Under the pieces are notes generated by a model that saw only the letters and a list, made by a program, of their open reading frames with translations, was not told the origin of the DNA and did no database searches. From the NCBI GenBank assembly GCA_046075565.1, contig JBJTQJ010000052.1, positions 64,001-128,000 on the forward strand: a DNA stretch of 64,000 bases, in the 5' to 3' direction. Below, in pieces: positions 10,140 through 18,858 of this stretch; position 1 is the stretch's first letter, and each line of letters starts with the position of its first letter. The translations under genes were made by a program, and so were the position numbers. The DNA comes from Verrucomicrobiales bacterium. Its GTDB lineage: Bacteria; Verrucomicrobiota; Verrucomicrobiia; Verrucomicrobiales; SLCJ01.

Positions 10140-11311
10140 ATGTCGCGTATACTCTGGATCACACGGCAAGACACCCGGCCACTTGATAGTGGCGAGTTAA
10201 TCTATTCCGGCGGATTGCTGCAATCGCTCGCCGCCACCGGACAATTCGAGATCACCGTGCTCGCGCACGATGCGAAGAAAAACGTGGCCGAGGGACCGGA
10301 CGTACACTGGAAGTTAACCGGCCCCATCCCGACCAACCGCTGGAAAGCAATGTTCACCAGTTGGCCCACGGATGCCTGGAGGTTGGGCAACGACCGATCC
10401 CGCGCCGCCTTGCGGCAACTGCTGGGCGAACAAATATGGGATTGGGTGGTCATCGACCAGGCCGCCTGTGCCTGGGCTTGGATGAACTCGCCGGCCACCG
10501 CTCCCGCTGGGGCAAACTCGCTTACATCGCCCACAACCGCGAAGCCGATGTGCGCCGGCAAATCGCTGCCGAGGGAGATGGCTCATGGCCGATGCGCATG
10601 GCCTTGCGATTGGATGCGAGCAAATACGCCGCCATGGAAGATCGTCTGGCCGCCGCAGTCGATCTCGTGACCGCCATCACTCCGCGTGATGAACAGCTTT
10701 TCCTGCAAGCACATCCCGGCAAGACCACCATCTTCCTGCCACCGGGTTATGTTGGCAATCCCCATGATGGACTGGGCCTGAATGCAGAAACCCCGGTCGC
10801 CGTCGTGCTTGCCGGGGCTTTCGAATGGCTCGCCAAACGCCGCAACCTCGAATCGTTCCTCACCGCCGCCACGCCTGTTTTCCCAAAGCAAGGCATAAGC
10901 TTCACCGTGGTTGGCAAAGCTCCGGACGGCTACTTCGATGCTCTGAAAGCGAAATTCCCATGGTGCGAATGCGCCTGCAATGTGCCGAGCATCGCACCAT
11001 GGCTCGACGGAACCCGCATCGGCCTCATTCCCGAAGCCCTCGATGGCGGGTTCAAAATCAAGGCCCTCGATTACATCTTCCGTGGACTGCCGGTCGCCGC
11101 CATCCGACCCGCCTTGAGCGGACTTCCCATCGACCCCAATTTTGATGCCATCGTCGCCGACGACCAAGATGGCCTCGTGCGCGCGATCGCAGAACGAATT
11201 CACGACATTGATTTCCTCACCCGCGCCGCAAACTCCGCGCTCGAGAAATGTCGTAACTCTTTCGACTGGAAGGATCGAGGCGTGGCGCTGGCCGGTGCGT
11301 TGCGGAGTTGA
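10140..11311 (+). pseudogene. GT4 glycosyltransferase split by a frameshift near 10478 (or sequence error)
   Basis: N-half in frame of 10140..10670 and C-half (YIAHN.E, GGFKIKALDY) in frame of 10361..11311; one extra base at GC-TT-G joins them. Confidence 0.75.
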
Positions 11312-11322
11312 TCGCTTTACAG

Positions 11323-11423
11323 GGCAAGACCGGGACGGTCTTGTTACGACTCCGATGGATTCTCAAGGGCCATATCCTCTTGAGTCTCCATTTCAATCGT
11401 AGCAAGAGCGTCTCGCTCTTGCC
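11323..11423. repeat. Divergent GTAG-type REP pair
   Basis: GGCAAGACCGGGACGGTCTTGTTACGA versus reverse complement of TCGTAGCAAGAGCGTCTCGCTCTTGCC, 23/27 identical. Confidence 0.75.
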
Positions 11424-11507
11424 ATGCTGGGATAAGGCGAAAGAGACGATGATGGTCATCAACACTTTCGCAAAGTAACGAGCATGGGAGCTAAAATGAT
11501 TGCGACC

Positions 11508-12296
11508 TCAAGTCCCGAGCCAACGATGGAAATTTTCCTGCAGACGTTGTGATAACTCTGATGGCGGAAGACCGCGCCATGTCCCGAGGATTTCCGCATA
11601 GCGCGCGAGATTGCCGGGATGATGCCGCCTCGGGTTGTCGAGGTGATGGGTTCGGCACTCTTCCGGAGCGGCCATATCGGGCGCATCCGTTTCGATGAGG
11701 ATGTTTTCCAATGGCATCGAGGAAAAGGTCTCGCGGGCCGCGCCTTTACGGGGCTGCAGGGCGTAGCCTCCGAACCCTAACAAACACCCGTCTTCAATCC
11801 ACACACGCGCTCGATCCGGGCTTCCGGTGAAGCCGTGGAGCAAGCAACGTCCCGGGCGGCGTGGCAATGTCGGCCATTGGCGTTCGAGATCTTCCCATGC
11901 TTTCAGGCAATGGATCGTGACCGCGCGCCCGAGGTCAGCGGCCAATTCCATCTGGGAGACAAAGACCCCGCTCTGGATGTTGATGTCAGGGCCTTTTACC
12001 CAACGATCGAGTCCGATTTCCCCAACCGGGCAACCCGGGAATTGCTCGAGATAGCCAGCCAATGTTTCCAGCCAAGCCGGGGTGCGGTCCGCAACGTGCC
12101 ATGGATGCAAACCGAAAGAGGGGATGACAAACCCGGGAAACTCCCTCGCCAAACGTGCTACTTCCGACCAGTCGCTTTCACGGGTTCCATTGACCACCGC
12201 GCGTCCAATGCCGAGATCTTGCAGCGACGCGACAAATCCGGCGTCGAGTGGTGGCAGTCGCGAATCGTGCAGGTGATTGTGGGCATCAATCCACAT
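11508..12296 (-). CDS. tatD: TatD family hydrolase
   Basis: IDAHNH, GLHPW, VGEIGLD, TIHC, LLHGF, IETDAP. Confidence 0.92.
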   Translation of the reverse strand: MWIDAHNHLHDSRLPPLDAGFVASLQDLGIGRAVVNGTRESDWSEVARLAREFPGFVIPSFGLHPWHVADRTPAWLETLAGYLEQFPGCPVGEIGLDRWVKGPDINIQSGVFVSQMELAADLGRAVTIHCLKAWEDLERQWPTLPRRPGRCLLHGFTGSPDRARVWIEDGCLLGFGGYALQPRKGAARETFSSMPLENILIETDAPDMAAPEECRTHHLDNPRRHHPGNLARYAEILGTWRGLPPSELSQRLQENFHRWLGT

Positions 12297-12720
12297 GGGA
12301 ATCCAGCGCCTCTTTTGCGAGAGTTTGGATACGCGTCACCACGGATGCGAGTCCGTTCAGACGCGTCGGGGTGATCTGACGTTCCAGTTTCAAGCGGGCA
12401 GGCCAATCGAGATTGATGGCAGCCAATTCCCTGGCGGAACAACCATCCGCGAGCCGGACGGTCACGCCGACGAGTCCGCGCACCATGACGGAATCGGCGA
12501 GGACGCGAAAATGAAGGCTGGTGATATCACCATCCACCGCGAGATGAACCCTCGACACGCAACCGTGAACGCGGTTTGTTTCGGTACCGAGTGCTTCGGG
12601 AAGTTCGGTCGCTTTTTTCCCCCAATTCGCGAGCGCGCCCAATCGCTCCTGAGGATCCGGCAGTAGAAGCATGTCTTCCACCAACGTGTCCAAGCGGGCT
12701 TCGATTTCCATGCGGCTCAT
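12286..12720 (-). CDS. sufE: SufE family Fe-S sulfur acceptor
   Basis: VHGCVSRV, ADSVMVRGL, TPTRLNGL. Confidence 0.88.
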   Translation of the reverse strand: MSRMEIEARLDTLVEDMLLLPDPQERLGALANWGKKATELPEALGTETNRVHGCVSRVHLAVDGDITSLHFRVLADSVMVRGLVGVTVRLADGCSARELAAINLDWPARLKLERQITPTRLNGLASVVTRIQTLAKEALDSHVD

Positions 12721-13259
12721 GGTGCCAGCGCTTGTTCAATGGCCGCGATGACCTCCGGGCTCTCCGGTTTTTGTTTTGGCTCGAAACGGGCCAGTGGTTT
12801 CCCATCCTTCCCGATGAGGAATTTGCCGAAGTTCCACTTCACGTCACCGGGGAAAGCGCCATCCTTGCCGGTGAGGGCAGTATAAAGCGGATGCTGTTCC
12901 GCGCCCTTCACGTGGATTTTTTCCATGAGGGGAAAACTGACCTTGAAACGATTGCTGCAGAATTCCTGGATTTCCTCGGCGGTGCCGGGTTCTTGTCCTC
13001 CGAAGTCATTGCAGGGAAAAGCGATGACCGTGAAGCCCTTGGCGGAGAATCGCTGGTGAATTTTCTCGAGTTCCTCGTATTGCGGGGTCAGTCCGCATTT
13101 GGACGCGGTATTCACCACCAGCACCACCTTACCGCGATGGGCTGCCAGGCTGGTGCTCTCTCCGGTGATGGTTTTGAAGGGAATTTCGGCAAGGTCACCG
13201 GCCAGAGCGCAAACGCCGGAACCGAGAATGGCGAGGGTGGAAAGGAAAATGCGGATCAT
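12717..13259 (-). CDS. Glutathione peroxidase (Cys type, BtuE/Gpx family) with signal peptide
   Basis: VNTASKCGLTPQY, FPCNDFGGQEPG, KWNFGKFL. Confidence 0.92.
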   Translation of the reverse strand: MIRIFLSTLAILGSGVCALAGDLAEIPFKTITGESTSLAAHRGKVVLVVNTASKCGLTPQYEELEKIHQRFSAKGFTVIAFPCNDFGGQEPGTAEEIQEFCSNRFKVSFPLMEKIHVKGAEQHPLYTALTGKDGAFPGDVKWNFGKFLIGKDGKPLARFEPKQKPESPEVIAAIEQALAP

Positions 13260-13355
13260 AATGCCGAAGATACGCGTTCGGGAGCGGCCACGTTTCGCCG
13301 GAAATGGGAACATGGGTTACGTTGACGGTTCGTCCGTGAAGTTCGTGCGAACGCT

Positions 13356-14165
13356 TCACGGAACATTTTCGGAACGATGCGGGTTCCAGAAACCATTCTC
13401 CTCATCGGGGCCGAACCAGCCGAGGCCGGCAGCATCCGCGTCCCCGCCATGGGGGTTCTCACCGACCGCCCGGGTATTTTTTGGTTCGGCGGTCACGCGT
13501 CCATCGCACCAGGCGACGAGGGCTTTTCCATTCGCGCGGAAATGCACGGTGGGTGAGGGGCGTTGGCCGCTCGGACCGGCGCCGAAATCCCAGAAGGGCG
13601 GTTCGCAATAAGGGTATTCCTGAATTCCACCTTCGCGCGCGTAGGCCGTGGTCGCGAACATGACGGTGTGTGCGGGATTGCCGACACGGCCCGGATGTTC
13701 GGGAATCCGCAGGCCGCTCGCGCGGTCGAATTTTCCTCCCGGCCGGCCGCCGATGTATTGCGCGTTGTATCCATATCCCCCGGTGCCGGTTTCAAAACTC
13801 TCCTTGCCTTCGACCATGGCCGTGAGCAAAGGACAGGGTGTAATCTGACGCGATTTTCCCAGATAGGGGGCGAGGAATCCATCTTCCGGAGCAAATGCCT
13901 GACCTCCTTTGCGCGCGCCGTGCCAGCGCTTGTTGTTTGTCCGGTCATCGGCCGGAGCGAAGGTGCCGTGATCCGCGACATACAGCAGATTGGCGGCGGC
14001 CAGTTGCCCGAGGTTCTGGCTACTGCGTGCGATGCGGGCGCCTGTGACGGCTTTCTGCAAGCTTCCAAAACCAACAACCGCCAGCACCGCGATCACGACG
14101 AGCACGATGAGCAGCTCGACGAGCGTGAAGCCGGGGCGTCGGAAGTTGGCAGTTGGAAAATTCAT
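13356..14165 (-). CDS. Prepilin-type N-terminal cleavage/methylation protein with H-X9-DG-like C-terminus
   Basis: RRPG/FTLVELLIVLVVIAVLA; GGYGYN; HFRANGKALVAWCDGRV. Confidence 0.88.
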   Translation of the reverse strand: MNFPTANFRRPGFTLVELLIVLVVIAVLAVVGFGSLQKAVTGARIARSSQNLGQLAAANLLYVADHGTFAPADDRTNNKRWHGARKGGQAFAPEDGFLAPYLGKSRQITPCPLLTAMVEGKESFETGTGGYGYNAQYIGGRPGGKFDRASGLRIPEHPGRVGNPAHTVMFATTAYAREGGIQEYPYCEPPFWDFGAGPSGQRPSPTVHFRANGKALVAWCDGRVTAEPKNTRAVGENPHGGDADAAGLGWFGPDEENGFWNPHRSENVP

Positions 14166-15439
14166 CAGGGCGTAGTGGGCCGGACGGCGAGTCGGAAATG
14201 GGCGCTGGGAGAGGAAGGTAAGGGCAAAGTGACGGTTTGGCGACGGATAACTCCGATGCTGGCGATGGGTGAGGCCGAAACGTCGCCCAGAGTGGGGGAA
14301 AAGGGCGCGACGGGTTTGAATGCCCCGCCATCCGTGGAACGTGCGATGGTGTCCCAATCTTTGAGATTGAGGGAGCGTTGCACTTCCAGAACCAGTCCCC
14401 GGGCACGCGTGTCGCGGTTGAATTCCAGCACCACGGAGCCGTAGGTGATGTTGATGGACATCGCTGGTTCGTTTTCCCTTCGCGTCGGTTCGCGGCCGAG
14501 GGCAAACTCGAGGGCATTCGAACAACCATCATCATCCGCATCGACTAACCAGGCCGACGATTCGGACGGAATCTCTTTGATGCCGACCCATGTCGTGAAA
14601 TCAACCGGTGTCGAGATCCCGCCGATGGCTTCGAGGTCGAAACCACCCGAGCCGGTGGTGACCGATGGGTCGTAGATTGGCGATCCTTCGCTATCGAAAA
14701 ACTGCCCGGTGCCGGGAATATCGACGACCCGCACATGAGTGATGGCGTTGAGATTGACAGCCCCACTAACAACCACTGAATGCGACGTGAGTTGCGAAAG
14801 ATCAAACGGTGTGCCCCAGGAAATTCCGTAACCATTCGCGTGTTTGCCCGCGAGGTTGAAGACATTGGTGGCATTAAAGACTCCATAAGCGGTAATAGAC
14901 GATGTGCTCAACGAACGCGACGGAAACCGCGCGAAGACGTTGCCATTGCTCGACACCTCAATGTAGGCGAGTTCGCCGAAAATCTGGTTGCCACTCGAGA
15001 ATCCATTTTCAAAGACCGCGAGGTCGGCGCCGGGAAGATCGGCAATCGGACGCGCCAGGGTAATGGTGATGTGGCCGGGCAGGAAGCCGCTGGTGACCTG
15101 TGTGGCGGTCAAATCGCCGAGCGAAACGGTGTCGAGATAATGATCTCCGGTGACCGGGCCGAGGGCCCACTGGGGATCGTCATTCGTGTCGTCCCCCGGA
15201 TTCGCGCTTTCGTAGCTCACGACTTGATTCGCCCACGTGAAGAATAATGGATTCACCCGATTCGCGGCACCCGGTTCTCCATCGAGTCCGGTAGCACCTT
15301 CTCCATCCGGACCGATGAAGCCGGGAATTCCGGCGTCGGCTTTTGTAGGATCCGATCGTGGCCCGGAATACGGACCGGCGGCGGCCAATCCCGCAAGCAC
15401 CATGACCGAGCACGCAATGATATGAGAGGGTAATTTCAC
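14165..15439 (-). CDS. Secreted cell-surface protein, candidate cobalamin-binding
   Basis: Signal peptide; VSLGD, DLAVFENGF, ELAYIEVSSNG, GFDLEAIG; translationally coupled inside the riboswitch operon. Confidence 0.7.
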   Translation of the reverse strand: MKLPSHIIACSVMVLAGLAAAGPYSGPRSDPTKADAGIPGFIGPDGEGATGLDGEPGAANRVNPLFFTWANQVVSYESANPGDDTNDDPQWALGPVTGDHYLDTVSLGDLTATQVTSGFLPGHITITLARPIADLPGADLAVFENGFSSGNQIFGELAYIEVSSNGNVFARFPSRSLSTSSITAYGVFNATNVFNLAGKHANGYGISWGTPFDLSQLTSHSVVVSGAVNLNAITHVRVVDIPGTGQFFDSEGSPIYDPSVTTGSGGFDLEAIGGISTPVDFTTWVGIKEIPSESSAWLVDADDDGCSNALEFALGREPTRRENEPAMSINITYGSVVLEFNRDTRARGLVLEVQRSLNLKDWDTIARSTDGGAFKPVAPFSPTLGDVSASPIASIGVIRRQTVTLPLPSSPSAHFRLAVRPTTP

Positions 15440-16413
15440 GCGGAAATTCTCCGGCGGCGGATACCAAGCATGAAAACTCCGGCAAGGCCAAGAACGGCCG
15501 CGCCCGGTTCGGGAATCGGCAATGTCGAGAGAGGCGCATATCCATAGGAAACGGCATCACCGCTTCCAAAGCCCGCCCGATTCACCCAGCCGAGATACTC
15601 TGTTCCGCCATTCGTGAAGGTGGCTAGACTCGCGTAGTTGGAGTTGTTGAAACCGGGCGCGACGAGGGTTCCTGTCTCACTGGTGCCGAGATCGAGCACG
15701 CGGATGCCATTGATTTGATATCCGCTCGCGTAGAGCCGGTTGGTTGTCGAATCCACCGCCAGGTAACCACTCACGCCAAGATTCGCTACAAAAGTGCCGT
15801 TCGCGAGGGTGAGCGGCGTTCCTGCGATGGCCGTGGTGATTTGCGCGGCGGTATAGCGGTAGATGTTATTGTCGTTGGCATCGAGCCCGGCATGGGCGAG
15901 ATAGACATTTCCGACATCATCCATGGCGATGCCACCCGAGAAATCGGAGAACGCGGTAATCAGGGTTGTGATGGTGCCACCGGATGAAATGTGATAGAGA
16001 GCCGATGAACCGAATCCCTGCGAACCGACCATGAGCAAGGCGCCCGATCCGTAGTTGACGCCCGCATAAGGATTATTGGGCGGGGCTATCGCGGCGTTGA
16101 AAGTGGTGGCGGTATTCGTGCCGTCGTAACTTCGCGTGCCGGAGTTGGAATATCCGATGTGCGTGGAAGTGATGAAGCTTGAATCACCTGCTGGTGCGTT
16201 CGTGTAAGGAGTCGCCGTCGACGCTCCGAAAGTATCCTGCCGGATGAGGTTTCCGTTGTGGCCGTATACAAAACGACCGTCCGGCAGATGGCCAAGAGCG
16301 GTATTGGTGAAGTTTTGCGTATTCGGCAGGGGCAACACAGTCCATGACGCGCGGGCCGTGGAAACAAAACCGGCCGCGATGGCGGCCGCCAATACAAACA
16401 ATGATTTTTTCAT
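15436..16413 (-). CDS. PEP-CTERM sorting-domain protein, beta-propeller-like
   Basis: Signal peptide MKKSLFVLAAA; blade-like GGIAMDDVGNVY and GYLAVDSTTNRLY; C-terminal IPEPG-TM-RRRR. Confidence 0.88.
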   Translation of the reverse strand: MKKSLFVLAAAIAAGFVSTARASWTVLPLPNTQNFTNTALGHLPDGRFVYGHNGNLIRQDTFGASTATPYTNAPAGDSSFITSTHIGYSNSGTRSYDGTNTATTFNAAIAPPNNPYAGVNYGSGALLMVGSQGFGSSALYHISSGGTITTLITAFSDFSGGIAMDDVGNVYLAHAGLDANDNNIYRYTAAQITTAIAGTPLTLANGTFVANLGVSGYLAVDSTTNRLYASGYQINGIRVLDLGTSETGTLVAPGFNNSNYASLATFTNGGTEYLGWVNRAGFGSGDAVSYGYAPLSTLPIPEPGAAVLGLAGVFMLGIRRRRISA

Positions 16414-16483
16414 GTGGTGTCCTTTGCAAAGACGGGGTGGATGAAAAGGACAATCCTTTTCCCCGAATGCGAAAGGACTACCC

Positions 16484-16612
16484 CCGCACGGACGTTTTCG
16501 CGACGCCGTTGTCCATTTCAGGACGGTGCGGTTTTCTCCGCCGGTTCGAACCCGGACTTTGACCTTTGCGCGACAGTGAGGGACTTTCACCCTGCTTTCC
16601 TAGGCCGGCGGA
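16484..16612 (-). promoter_or_regulatory. Cobalamin riboswitch (short/variant class)
   Basis: Minus strand TCCGCCGG..AGGAAAGCAGGGTGAAAGTCCCTCACTGTCGCGCAAAGGTCAAAGTCCG..CCGGCGGA; L5 UCGCG is complementary to the CGCGA loop of a downstream hairpin. Confidence 0.88.
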
Positions 16613-16801
16613 TTGGTTGGATAATGGAAAGATCGAATCGAAACCGCAGGCGGCTTCGTTGGTGACAAGATGCTTTAGGATACACGGGTCGTCAAGTATC
16701 GGATTCCTTCAAATCTCCCGTCAAAGTCGGCGAATCCAAATATCCAACGAATCCGGCAGATCCCGGGGTGGCAAGCGCCCGGCCGCCGCGTATGGTGGGG
16801 C

Positions 16802-17560
16802 ATGACATCTGCAGTGGAGCCCAATCCGGCGCGTCGCCGCCCCACCTTCATCCAGGTGGCCCTCATGGTTTTGCCGATTGGCACGGTCGTGCTGGGAACC
16901 ATCGCCATGCTCTGGTATTTCCACGAAGGTTCACGCCCGGGAGCAAAGGAAGAACGCGGCCTTTACACCAAGGAACCAACGGCGGCTTCCATTCGTGACA
17001 GCGTGCGGAAACTCTCCCTGCCCCCGTTGGCGGTGCGCGGGGAAGCCACGGAAGCCGGTGGAGTAGGCTGGCAGGCGACGATGAGTTTGATCGAAGGCGC
17101 GACTGGCGAAACGAACATGGGTTATCAACCGGTCCTGCATGAATACGACTCCGGCGCCGGAAAATGGCGGCATCTCTGGGTGGACAACTCCGGCAAACGC
17201 AACCTCACCGAGATCATCGAGGTGCGGGCACGCAGCGTCCCGACCGGCAATCGCGAGGGACTGGCGGTGCATTTGCCCATCGCGGTGGCCCTCGAACTGG
17301 CCCAAGCCTTTGCGGGTACGGAAAATCGACGCACCATACGTTTTGTTTTTCTCGGCGGAGGTCAGGATCCGACGGGCGAGCAATCCTATGCCGAGTTGAT
17401 GAAAGACCGGCGCATCAAGGTGCAGGGGGTTTTTGATCTCGATGCCTCGGATTTCCGCGCCGCCGCCTGCCTCGATGCCTCCGGCCAAATCGACGATACC
17501 GCTCTCATGCGGGAGGTGGAAAACCTGCGGCAGAATATCCGGCGCGCCGCCAACCAGTGA
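16802..17560 (+). CDS. Membrane-anchored protein with degenerate M28 peptidase-like fold
   Basis: One TM helix; IAVALELAQAF...RRTIRFVFL, but no HxD or DD metal ligands. Confidence 0.55.
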   Translation: MTSAVEPNPARRRPTFIQVALMVLPIGTVVLGTIAMLWYFHEGSRPGAKEERGLYTKEPTAASIRDSVRKLSLPPLAVRGEATEAGGVGWQATMSLIEGATGETNMGYQPVLHEYDSGAGKWRHLWVDNSGKRNLTEIIEVRARSVPTGNREGLAVHLPIAVALELAQAFAGTENRRTIRFVFLGGGQDPTGEQSYAELMKDRRIKVQGVFDLDASDFRAAACLDASGQIDDTALMREVENLRQNIRRAANQ

Positions 17561-17634
17561 GTGAGAAAATCCCGTGCGAGGTTGATTTCTCCGCTCCGGG
17601 TTCTAGAGTTGGCGTCCACCCGCATTCCTGAATT

Positions 17635-18858
17635 TTGGCCCGCATCGTCCAGAAATACGGCGGCACGTCCGTCGGCAATCCCGAACGCATCCGCAATGTC
17701 GCCCGCCGCCTGATGGAAAGCGCCCGCCAGGGCAATCAGGTCGTCGGAGTCGTCTCCGCCATGGGAGGCGTGACCGACAAGCTTATCGGGCTTGCCCGCG
17801 AGGTCTCGGAAGACCCCGCCGCCGGCGAAATGGATGTGCTCTTGTCCACGGGGGAACAAACCACCATTGCCCTCGTCTGCATGGCTATTCAGGCGATGGG
17901 CGGCAAGGCGATTTCCATGACCGGTCCCCAGGCTGGCATCCTCACTGATTCCGGGCACACCCGCGCCCGCATCCTCGACATTCATCCGGAGGCGGTGACC
18001 CGGGCCCTCGACGAGGGAGCCATCGTGGTGGTCGCCGGTTTCCAGGGGCAATCGGTGCAAGGCCGACTCACCACCCTCGGCCGCGGTGGTTCCGACCTCA
18101 CCGCCATCGCCATGGCCTCGGCGGTGAAAGCCGACCTCTGCCAGATCTTCACCGATGTGGATGGGGTCTATACCTGCGACCCGCGTATCGTGCCCGACGC
18201 GAGAAAATTGCACGAGATTTCCTACGACGAAATGCTCGAAATGGCCAGCAGCGGCTCGAAAGTCATGCAGGCCCGATCGGTCGAATTCGCAAAAAAATAT
18301 GGCGTGCCCTTCGAGGTGCGCAGCAGCCTCAACAACGAACCCGGAACCCTCGTTACCGAAGAACACCCCAACATGGAATCAGCAGTCATCCGCGGCATCA
18401 GCCTGGAACGCGACCAGGCCAAGGTCACCATCAACGATCTGCCCGACGAACCCGGCGTCTCGGCGAAAGTTTTCAGCGCGCTTGGTCGCGCCGATGTGAA
18501 CATCGACATGATCATCCAGAACGTGTCGAAGTCCGGCAAAGCCCGGATTTCCTTCACCGTGCATCGCAATGATCTCGGACGCGCCGAGAAGGCGCTCGCC
18601 CCGGTGGTTTCCTCATTTGATGGCTCGATGATGGAAAGCGAAGCCGGTATCGCGAAACTCAGCGCGGTCGGTATCGGCATGCGCTCCCACTCGGGTGTGG
18701 CCGGGGAAATGTTCGATGCCCTCGGCAAAGGCGGAGTGAACATCCAGATGATCTCCACTTCCGAAATCAAGATTGCCGTCACCATCGATCAGGATCGGGC
18801 GGAAGAGGCGGCCCGCCTCGTGCACGCCGCCTTTGCGCTCGGCCGACGCGAGGCATGA
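17635..18858 (+). CDS. lysC: Aspartate kinase
   Basis: VQKYGGTSV, VVSAMG, TTLGRGGSD, TDVDGVY, two ACT domains; TTG start. Confidence 0.96.
   Translation: MARIVQKYGGTSVGNPERIRNVARRLMESARQGNQVVGVVSAMGGVTDKLIGLAREVSEDPAAGEMDVLLSTGEQTTIALVCMAIQAMGGKAISMTGPQAGILTDSGHTRARILDIHPEAVTRALDEGAIVVVAGFQGQSVQGRLTTLGRGGSDLTAIAMASAVKADLCQIFTDVDGVYTCDPRIVPDARKLHEISYDEMLEMASSGSKVMQARSVEFAKKYGVPFEVRSSLNNEPGTLVTEEHPNMESAVIRGISLERDQAKVTINDLPDEPGVSAKVFSALGRADVNIDMIIQNVSKSGKARISFTVHRNDLGRAEKALAPVVSSFDGSMMESEAGIAKLSAVGIGMRSHSGVAGEMFDALGKGGVNIQMISTSEIKIAVTIDQDRAEEAARLVHAAFALGRREA

Noticed and set aside
10470-10485. Phase variation or programmed frameshift at the GT lesion
   Set aside because: No long homopolymer, tandem repeat or slippery heptamer
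13070-13110. Possible selenocysteine in the glutathione peroxidase
   Set aside because: Active-site codon is TGC (Cys)
14166-14525. N-terminal extension of the pseudopilin ORF in the ORF track
   Set aside because: Overlaps the upstream gene; the prepilin leader indicates a start at 14165
16414-16590. N-terminal extension of the PEP-CTERM ORF
   Set aside because: Runs through the riboswitch; the signal peptide and SD indicate a start at 16413
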